Part shown: positions 13,201-24,700 of the stretch, in pieces
Position numbering within the stretch: the first letter of the stretch is position 1
Layout of the letters: each line of letters begins with the position of its first letter
Notes under the pieces: model-generated
Told to the model about the DNA's origin: nothing
Databases searched by the model: none
What the model saw: the letters and a program-made list of their open reading frames with translations, nothing else
Translations under genes and position numbers: made by a program
NCBI RefSeq assembly: GCF_006345805.1
Contig: NC_043009.1
Coordinates: 34,348,001 to 34,412,000, forward strand
Direction: 5' to 3'
From: Octopus sinensis
Taxonomy: Eukaryota
Length of the DNA: 64,000 bases

Positions 13201-16200
13201 GGAATGAACCCGGAACCATGTGGTTGGTAAGCAAGCTACTTACCACACAGCCACTCCTGCGCCTATGTAACAATTTGAAATGGAAAAGGTGAAAGGAAGT
13301 TGTGAACATGAGCCAAAAGATGTAGTAGAAAACAACAGAGCAAAAAGATCTTTGCTATTTTATAATTAATGTATGGGTCTCATGTGCATTTGAGAAGCTC
13401 CTTTAAGCATGTCTCAAGATGAGCAAGAGGATATTAAGTATGAGAAAGAGAGTGGAGTATTGGTAAGCGGGCAAGACAGAGGCATTGGTATCCTTACTTA
13501 CACTCATAATAATGTACAGTAAACAGAAGATTCTCTGCTAAAGTAGCAAAACTACAAAATATTTTTAAAATACATTAAAGTAGAAAAAACATTTAGGAGG
13601 GAAAACAGGAAAATTTTACTCACCAAAAGCCCAAACATCAGATTTGCTGCTGAATCTATAAAACTGAAAAACTTCTGGTGATGCCCATTTTACAGGAAGT
13701 TTAGCACAAGAGGAACTGTTGTACAGATCATTGATGACATAACTGTAGACAGAAAGAGGTGAAAGGTAGGATTGAAATAAATGGTATAATGAGTGAGTGG
13801 TGGAATAAGTGAATGAAATATGGGTAGACTGAGTGAGTGAGCAAGTAGAATAATAGGATATTTGAATAAAACTTTAGTGTAGATATTAAGAGACACAAAG
13901 TGGAAGCTGTCTTGTGCATGATTCAAAACTGAGAATGTAAAGGGACATATACACACAGACAATTTTTTTCAAAACTCAACCACAAGGGAGATAATCCTCT
14001 AGTTGTTACTGAAGAGTCGCCCCCCCCCTGTTTTTATGAGACATTGTAACCTCGTTTTTTATCGTGTTTTAATCCAAAATGAAGAACGGCTAATCGTTTC
14101 CATTGTGCAGGCTGCACGATAAGCTTTTTCTGTTTTTGACATTTTTTCATTCGCATACGAGGTAGTCCTTAATGTAAAACGTGTTATTCACTTAACAATG
14201 ACCATTTTGCTACTGGTTACCATCCAAGACATTTGATAGCTAGTAAACCCAATACTGCATATGATTGGATAGCTGTATGTTTTTTTCTACTTGTCAGAAT
14301 TATTGATTTTTTAAAATGTTAACAGATTCACAAGAAACAAGGAGTGTCAACCTGAAATTTCCTGCCTTACAACAGTTAAGCCAACCAAACCAACAACTGC
14401 ACAATTAAACAGAGAACAACAATAATTACCGTGTCAACCCGAAATCTCCCACCTTGACCACATAGTTACTGCCAACCAGGCAGTTTCTGGCTGCTAAGTC
14501 TCGGTGGACGAAATTTTTAGACTCCAAGTACTTCATTCCTTTACAGATATCCATACAAAACCCAATAAGTTTTTCAGTTTGGTACAAAATTAAAGATTTG
14601 TTGTTTTTCAGGTGTTGTTTGAGAGAACCTGAGAATAAAAAAAAAGAAATGAAATGATTCAATGATAAGAATCCCTATTGATTTTCATGTTACAAAGTGA
14701 GATGCTTCTGGGAAATATTTTTCAAAAAGGATTAACAATAATAAAAAAAATGCAAATGATGCTGGTCACTTTTATGAATGAAAATAACAATTTCTAAACG
14801 TAGACATTTCATAAAAACATTTGAAGGAAAATATGTTATGTAATAAATAAGAACTGTAATAGAGTACTTTCTTATCACCGAGGGGATAGAATGGGGATTC
14901 TGACAATGAACGAAAGCAAAAGGAAATGAAATAGAACTCTTTGAAATAAGTGAGCAACAGTTAGCAACAGTTAGCCAACCAGGCAAGAGCAATAAAAGCA
15001 AAATGGTGGTTAACAGATATAGAAATTGAAGAGATAAAAGTGTAGATGTAAATGCATTCTCAGAAAACGAAGCAGAAGTAATAGGAAGAGCTATAGCACA
15101 AGAATACGATGAGGACCAACTAGATATTGTGAGGATGCTGAGCTGATATATTAGAGAAGACCAGGAACAATCGCCCTACCTATCTGAGGTACACTGATCA
15201 ACACAAGCTCAAAGTTGAAACCGAAAAGATAGATTTGGTTAATGGGCTATTCCAGACAAGAAATATAACTGAAAGTAACAAGATTATTTGGGCTGCAGCT
15301 ATGGTTGCTGAAGATAGGGTTGGCTACAAAGGAAGAGAACAAACAAACTGTAAAGAACCATTCTGGCATAGACGAATTTGTGAGAAACAAAGTTAAAAAG
15401 ACATTTAGGACAAGTTGATAGATTGAGTAGAAGCGTATTGCAGAACGAAAGCCTAAGAATAATGGTGGAAAGAACATAGAATAAGAGATAAAGGGTACGA
15501 TATGATATAGGAAGAATTGAAACAAAGAGTAGTAGCAATCAAAGCAAAACTGGAAAGATATGACAAAAGAACAAAACAATTCATGCAAAATAGATTGTTT
15601 GAAGCAAATCAGAAGAAACTGTTTCATGAACTAGATTGGCAATTACACGTAACAATGATACCAGATGCAGTGGAAAGCAGGGCATTCTGGACAGGGATCT
15701 GGGACCAACCTGTAGAGCATAATGATGAAGCAGAGTGGCTGCATGAAATATAAGATGGGTTAAGAAATATAAAAGGCCAAGAAGACATAAAGATAACTAC
15801 AGAAATGATAAAAAAGCAGTTTAAAAAATTCCTAAATTGGAAGAGCTCAGGACCAGATGGGGTCCAAGGTTATTGGATAAAGAAGCTGAAAGGGCTCCAT
15901 GAAAAGATAGTGCAACAGCCAAGTGAGTGCTTGCAGAAAGGCGCAGTACCCAGCTGGATGACAAAGAGAAAGACGTTGTGTGCCAAGGATCCTGAAAAGG
16001 GAAATGTTGCATCGAACTTTAGACCATTGACATGCCTTCTGCTAATGTGGAAACTAATGTCAGGTGTGTGGGCAGGTGAACTGTATGGATACCTGGAAAA
16101 CAGTGGGCTGCTACCTACTAAACAGAAAAGGTGCCAAAAGAGGCGCTGGGGAACGAAGGATCAGCTCTTAATTGATAATCTAATTATCAGGAACTGCAAG

Positions 16201-18752
16201 AGAAGACACACAAACCTGAGCATGGCATGGGTTGGCTATGATAAAGCATACAATATGAAACTATACTCCTGGAACGAAGAATCAGCTCTTACTTGATAAT
16301 CTAATTATCAGGAACTGCAAGAGAAGACACACAAACCTGAGCATGGCATGAGTTGACTATGATAAAGCATACAATATGAAACTATACTCCTGGATAATAA
16401 AAACAATGGAAATGTATGGAGTAGCAGAAAATATGAGAAGCCTTATATAGAATAGCATGAAATGCTGGAGAAAATTGACAGCAGGGAATCAAGTATTAGG
16501 AAGTGGTGAAAAATTAAGAGAGGTATCTTCCAGAGGGACAGTGTCCCCACTGATCTTCATGCTGGGAATGACCCCACTATGCTGGGAATGACCTGAGATG
16601 AACAGGAAGTCAAGAAAGCACCTAATGATGCATGGAGCCCATAATCCACATGTGGATACTGATTGCCTATACATGAAGAGAGCAAACAGAGGAAGTGGAC
16701 TGAAAAGTGTGGAAGACTGTGTGTGTATCGAACTCAAGAGCTTAATGAGATACCTAACCCAAAGTAAGGAGACCTTGCTAATGACAGTTAGGAACAAGGG
16801 AGTAATGAAAGCAGAGAAAAAGGAAAAAACATAGAAGTGCAAAAAGGACATGAAGAAGAATTACACAAAAAGGGATTACACAATCAATTCCATGCAGCCA
16901 CAACAGAAGTTTCTCAAAAAAATAGGTGGGATTAACTGATGAAAGGAACACTAAAAAAGAGACCAAGAGCACTATACTGGCAGCACAAGACCATGCTTTG
17001 GCCACGAACTGGAGGATCAACTTTAGGAATGAGTAAGTGTCTCTGCTGTGTAGCATCTGCAATAGAGTGGATAAAACCATTGCCCATATCATGAACGAAT
17101 ACCCTACACTTGCCCTGAACCACTACAAGTTGTGGCTACATGATCAGGTAGTGAAAGTGCTACATTGGAAACTGTGCTAAAAGTGGGGGCTAGAGAAAGG
17201 CAAGATGCGGTATGAGCACAAACTGCAGAGAGTGGCAGAGTTGGAGACTAGCAAAATCCTCATGTGTTGAGAGGAATTCTTTGGGGTATGGATAATTTGC
17301 ACCTGGTATTTTGTGCAACATCCTTAAAGAACCCTCATTCAAGGACATTTTGAGTGGGATGAAAGGCAAGATATGGTATGAGCACAAACTGCAGAGAGTG
17401 GCAGAGTTGGAGAATAGCAAAATCCTCATGTGTTGAGAGGAATTCTTTGGGGTATGGATAATTTGCACCTGGTATTTTGTTCAACATCCTTAAAGAACCT
17501 TTATTCAGGGACATTTTGAGTGGGATGAGCTACTCGACTTGAAGAAAATTCTACCTGGGCCCCACCTGCAAGGTCATATGCTGTTTATCTTGATATGAAA
17601 TCAGAATGTTTTGTACATATGGTTATGATGTATGTGCCTGGTGTACCTTTATCAGACAGGTAGTCATGAAGGGTATATTGGGTTTCATATGTTTGTACCC
17701 CAGTGTCTTAAACTCAATAATAATAATAATAATAATGATTATGATAATAGTCATTTCTACTGTAAAGTACAAGGCCTGAAATTTTGGGGAAGGATGTTGG
17801 TTAATTACATCGACCTCAATGCATGACTGGTACTTATTTCATTGACTCAAAAAGGAAGGAATTTGAACTGAGAACACATTGACAGATGAAATACAGCAAA
17901 GCATTTTGTCCAGCATACTAAATATTATAATCCTTTCTACTATAGGCACATGGAGAGTGAAACATTTTTGGTATTATTTATTTACTATTAAACATGTTTC
18001 ATTTGCTAATAGGAGTTATAAAATTGTACTTGAAGTAGAAAACATGTAATATATCTTCTATTAGAAATTATTCAGACAGGCAATCAAATAATACAAACAT
18101 CAACATACAAATTTGGAATATTGAAATAAGCAGATGTGCTTCAAAAGGACATATATATATATATATATATATATTCAACAATATAAGGAATGGCCATATA
18201 GGACATTTGACTCACTAGAAAGAGCAGCCAAAACTCATACCGCTAAATAGTTGTAATTCTGAAATAGAAAGAATTTTTTGCTACCCTTATATTTATTAAT
18301 TAATGATTTTTTGGCTAATTTTGAAATTAAATCAGCAGTTTATATTTGCTGCTGAGAAGACCGCGCGATTGCAGCAAGTTTTGAAAATTTAGAGCATATG
18401 AACTGGAGGCTTCTTTACCACAGCCTCGTGGACATATACTCGTCCTAGGCTCTCTGCTGACGAGGCACGCCAGATGTAAATGAATTTAATTTAATTTAAT
18501 TAATTCATTTGCCAAAGTTTTGCCGAAACTATGCATAGTCCAGAGTTGAAAGGGGTAAACGTTTTTATTTCTCTTTCTATTTCAGAATTACAACTATTTA
18601 GCGGTATGAGTTTTGGCTGCTCTTTCTAGTGAGTCGAATGTCCTATATGGCCATTCCTTATATTGTTGAATGTATATTATATAGTCTTTGACTATTTTTT
18701 CTTTCTCACTAGACCACTGGTGGCAGAGAATTTTTTGCTACCCTTATATTTA

Positions 18753-18796
<44 letters not shown>

Positions 18797-21700
18797 ATCG
18801 TTGCTGCTGCTGCCACTGCCACAACCAGCACCATCATCATCATTTAACATTCACCTTTCATGCTAGCATGGGTTAGATGGTTTGATAGGAGCTGGCCAGG
18901 CAGAAGCTTGCACCAGACTTCTTATTTCAAAGATAAATCAAAAGTAGCTAAAAATTTATGTAACTCTCGAAAGCCCTTCCATTTTCAAAGTGATACATCA
19001 GTAGGGGCTTTAATTTTATATGGTCAAGAGCATTTCCTCCCAGAAGCATCAGACATATTTTGAAAGCTTCAAATCCTAATGTTGATTTTTCTTTCTGATA
19101 AACAAAAGTTCTAGCAGGAAATTGCCGTTTCAACAACATTGTGTACATGCTCTGATGTGTAGCCTTATTCAGCAATTGTTCTCTTCAACTGCCCAGGATA
19201 AGTGGTAGCAGCCACCGTGTCAGCACTGCCAGCTTTACTATTATTTTATGCTGTGAAAATTCCGACACTTCTTAAACTTTTCAAACCAGCGTTTATTAGC
19301 CAGAAAAAATCTTTTGCATTAGATATTTCACCTTTCTTTTTCTGGAAATTGTCACAAACATTTGGCTCAGTTTTTGAGTTACCATTGTGCAATTGGCACA
19401 TCACACCAGGCCTGATCTTAGCAGTTAATGGAGTAGCCTGACATAATTTTCTCACTGTTGTCTTGTATTGTTCCCACTGTAAGTGTTGCAGGCTTTAATA
19501 TTTTGGCAATGTGGAAGGAATGCTGCAACAATGTATTGAAATGATGACTTAGAAACACTATGTCAAGGATATCCACCTCTGCCACCACCACTGCAATAAT
19601 GAAGAACAGGTAAAACACTTACCATGCTGCATGTATTCCAAGATAATAGCAAGTGGTTTAGCTTTGGTTACAACACCATACAATTGCACCAGGTTGGGGT
19701 GGTTAAGTTGCCTGTAAAATATTAAAAGAAATTTTTTTATAAGATTTCACAAGAACAAGGGCTTCACATCAGTTGATAAAGAAAACAAAACAAAACTGAG
19801 ATGAATAAGAGATGAATTGTTGGTAAATATTTGTTTAGCTCCCTGGTTATCTCTGACTGGCCAGGCCTACGATTAAAAACATTCCATTGATTAAAAGCAT
19901 TCAATTCATTTATTGTTCACAATCTCAAGTCAGAAAAACTAGGTCTACTGAGGTTTCATTCCCTTCAACTATATTCCAGACAACAGCACACATAAAAATA
20001 TTGCAGAACCTCCAAGTAATTAGGCCTCGTGAAATTAAACACAGAATATTTAATGATTTAATAAGGAAGCCTTTGAATGATGTGTTAGAAAAAGCAAGCA
20101 AATATCCTTCAAATTACACTCTACCATCTTAAAATGAGAGGAATACATAAGTCTTGTCAGTCAAAGATGACCAAGTGACTAAACAACAACAACAGCAGCA
20201 GAGTAGTTATTTTCCTTTCTTGCTAGAAAACAAATCTACTGTAAGGGAGTGGTATCAACTGGTGTCCATCAAATAACACAGTCATGCCTATTGTCGACAA
20301 AATCCTCAAAATGGATAGAAGAAATATTTTTCCATTCATCATTAGATAATGGTAATTTATTAACTTTTCTAATGATTGGGATCCATGTCTATATCACTGG
20401 TAAGAGACTCCATCACACAAGGCAGCTAAAGTACTTGTGCTGTTTGAATTTCTTCAGATCAATCAATCTTTGTTTGGTTTATACAGAAAATAGGGTAAAG
20501 AGAATTTTTCAGAAGGGTGCAGCTCAGGAGAAGAATTGGGTTGTGTTTAACTGAGAGTTTTGGATGGAAGTTAAAGCAGAGATGAGAAGGTGAGACAAGT
20601 GGTTTGAATGGGTGTTGTTGAGATTTCTATACAATTTGGATATTAGAAGGCCTGATGCTGTAGGGACATAGACTAGACACAGCATGTCATTGGGTCAATG
20701 GCTGTAGTGGTTATAACTTGATAACTGGACGTTCTAAAATAACAGACAGTAAAAAAAAGAATTACTTGGACAGCAGAGAGTAAACAACTGAAATATTTCA
20801 ACATTGGGCATGGTAGTAAGATGATGACTATCGTGGTTACTGGATGTTGTATGTAAATGAATTTGTTACAAATTGGACATGGTAAAAACATTTCTTTTGA
20901 CCACCAGACAAAGGAGGAAAATGTGTGTATAACTTACGTCATTGTTTTAGCCTCTTCAATGAAGTTGTCCTCCGACATAGTATCAAGTTTCATCACTTTG
21001 ACAGCCACAATGTTGCTCTTCCATAAAGCCTCGTATACATTCTACAAGATAGATGAGAGTCCAAATGCCAATCATATTATGAAAGTACAATGGGGTAAGA
21101 GTGACTGAAGGATAGAGAGATAATGATGAGAAAGTCAGTTACCTTCCTTTAAAAAACTGAATTTTTTATGAATCATAAGATTCTAGAAAGTCAATGCTTA
21201 GCTATGGCTTCTGTTGTTAGTGTTAAATAAATAAGAGATAATCTTCATTCTACTTGTGAACGAGATGCTAATCTATGGCAAGTAACTTTTTTTGGTCAAA
21301 CTTATTTATTTCTCAACAGGCTTACATCACCTTTGCCATGTTTCTATGGTACGGATGCTTTATATGTCAATGAAATCATTTTTTATTTTCTAATTTCAAT
21401 TCTATTGCTATAGTTTAGCTCTTCTTTCTTTCTGTTCAGTTTGGCAACCAAAATCAAACAAAATTAACAACTTTGCTCTGGAACAGAACTCAGTGAATGT
21501 AATTGTGGTGATAGTTCAACATCTTAACCTCAAAGCCACTGTGCATTGTAAGAAAAAGAATAGGTGAACAGATCTGGCCAGCTTTTAGATAATTTAATAC
21601 TACCATAGCAGAATAGTTAAGAAGTTTGTTTTGCAATCATGAAGTCCTGGGTTTGGTCCCACTGTGTGACATTTGCTAAAGTGTCTTTACTTCGGTTTTA

Positions 21701-24700
21701 GGTTGACCTGATCCTTGTGAGAAAAATTGGGTAGATGGAAAGTCTGTGGAAGTACGTTTGAAAATTGATCAGCTTTGTCACACTGTGTCACTCATTCTGG
21801 TTGAGAATTATGTTAAAGGTACACATGTCTGCAGAATAGTTAACTATTAAACAATGATCCAATGAGCAGGTAGTTCTGTTGATTAAACTTACTACTCATG
21901 AGCTAGCAGTCTGAAACATTATTTTATCTATGCCAAAAGGTAGAATCAGTCGAGCACCAGACAAAATGCCTTGATGTAGAATCAGTCGAGCACCAGACAA
22001 AAAGCCTTATAACATTCATAGTTCAAACTCCAATAAAACTAAGAACAAGTAAATTTCTGGGGTTACTTTAACACAAAAACAGTTTGCTCATAAAACTTAT
22101 TTCATGAGTTGGGTCCTGTGTATTATGTTCTCTTTTCTGAGGATCTGACTGGGATGACAACAGTATATGTTGGTCAGCCAAATGCTACATGGTCACAGTG
22201 AATAAGAAAGTGTCTCACAGAGGCAGAGAGAAACTGGGACACTGTTTGGAGGGTTGCCCAGGATTACCTGAGCAAATATGAACAATTGTGGATGTAGCAA
22301 TGTGCCACAAAGGTGCATGTCGCCGTACCTGACCCCCCACAAAATGTCTGATCTTATACCTTTATAACAAATCATTTTATTACTCTCAATGTTGAAAGCA
22401 GATTTAACATAATTTGAATTAATGATGTGGAAGGATGAAGCTAAAGAGTTTAAAGTATTTTATCTGCCTCTCTACTACTATTGAAACCTCATCACCCATT
22501 TTTGGATCTAATATTGAAGTTTTAGAGGAATTAGTTTTTAAGAGGAACTTGCTTGAAATTTTGAATCCAACATAAGAAATTGTCAACAAATAAAATGGCA
22601 GTAGCACAGAAAGAAGAAATGTATTTGAGATTATTCCAAGAATTAGTCTACAATTAAAATGACAATTATAATGTTTATAATTATCTGGGCAAATTTATTC
22701 AAAGATGTCTTCAATCACTCATCTTATGGTCAAGCAGAAATAATTAATACTTATCTTCACAGCAAAGATTTTGATACCATTCTGTGATCTGTTTGTGATG
22801 TATTAGACCCAGTTTCATTGATATAGTTTAATAATACTGGAGGTGTCACCATATTTGCTACAGATGATTTCACATTACATGACCACTTTTTGTATGGGAG
22901 TTGATTAAATTTACACTAGTATATTACTGGTCATTTGATATCAAGAAAGTTATGAACTTTGTAAGGGATATATCTAAGATCTTAAATAAACTTCAGCATT
23001 TTATAATTGGTCCTTCCTTTATTGACTCCCTTAAAGGGAATGGATAAGGAATGTCAGCTGTTACTTAAGTTTTATCAACTCTAGAGAGATTTGAAAAGAA
23101 TAATTGCAAAGAGATGAACATAAATACTATAAGCCATTTTAGGTAGGCACTCTATAACACTTCTGCACCTTTCATTTATGACATTCTTAATGAAAATAAG
23201 ATAATGAGGTAAATTACTTACTCCAAAACAACCAGAACCTACTAATTTGCCTTTGATTAAATTGGATTGGCTGATTTCCCAGCAATCTGAAGAGATAATG
23301 AAAAATGGTAATTAAAAAAAAATCTTAAAATCTACTATTCATATTTATTAATTTGCTATTGGTATTATTATATTTTAGTAGAGTGAAGATATATTTCTGC
23401 CTCTTCAATCAAAACACAATCTATTCAAGTATTAGCAAATGAAATCTTCATTGAAATACTAATTAAAAGAACTATAATTTCCTAAGGAATGCTTGCCTTT
23501 GATGCCCATAGACAACAATGGTTTGTTTCACAAACTTTTAAAATTTAATTTACACACATTAACATTTTTACTTCCAAATTTCTCCCTGACAACTCATCTT
23601 CTTCACACCCCACCCTCCTGTTTCCCAGTCCTTCCACACTCTCAGAAACTTATCTGCACACAATCTGTTGCTGACAAATCTCTCTCCCATGCAACTCATC
23701 TTCCTAACCCCTTTCTCTCCAATTATGCTCACTCACTGCATTTCCTCTCTCCTCCATCTCTTACTTTTCTTTTGCACTCCCATGAAGTCACCCATCAATT
23801 GTCTGTATTACTTCACATATATACCTCCTTGTAACTTGAAGGTACACTTCAACATATTTTCACCATCTTCTCTCTCTTTTGATGACCTCACTAGTACTTG
23901 TGCCATGTAAAGTGGTTGGTGTTAGGAAGGGCATCCAGCCATAGAAACCATGCCAAAGCAGAGCTTGGTTCAGTCCTCAGGCTTGCTAGTTATTGTCAAA
24001 CCGTTCAACCCATGCCAGCATGGAAGGCAAACGTTAAATGATGATGATGATGATGATCTATGGTGAAGGAGCATCAATGTTTCCTAACATTGAATATCTC
24101 AAAAAAATGCTTACTGGTGTATTTGACTGCACTCAAATACAATCTGAGAACTGGTTAAGTGAACAGGGGCATGAAGTGCTCTAATCCAATCATTCATGTT
24201 TCCTTTTCTTTAATTATATCTTGTTTTAATTAATGGTCCTTTTTTATTTCTATTCAAATTTATGTATGTAAATACATTCATCATCATCATCATCATCACC
24301 ATTTAACGTCTGCTTTTCATGCTAGCATGGGTTAGGCACATGTTTTCTTCCCAACCACATGGTTTTGGGTTCAGTCCCACTGTGTAGCACCCTGGGAAGT
24401 CTGTTCTACTATGGCCCTGACCAAAGCCTTGTGAGTGTATTTGGTTGACAGAACTGAAAGAAGACTGTTGTGTGTGATTCTTTGTTTTGACATTATGTGA
24501 CAGTTCTAAAAGACCATTCTATCATACAAGTAGTGTAATTTATTTTCAATCTTTCATGAAAACATGTTCAATTATGGGGTAATATTTTGTTTGGAAACAA
24601 GTGTGGGTTGGTGACATAAGAGCCATCTGGCTGCACAAAATCTGCCTCAATGAACTTTGTCTGACTCATACAAGCATGGAAAAACGGACATTAAAACAAT

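Noticed and set aside
21940-22011. 36-bp tandem duplication (and a 20-bp one near 45205-45250)
   Set aside because: Ordinary slippage duplications with no further structure.
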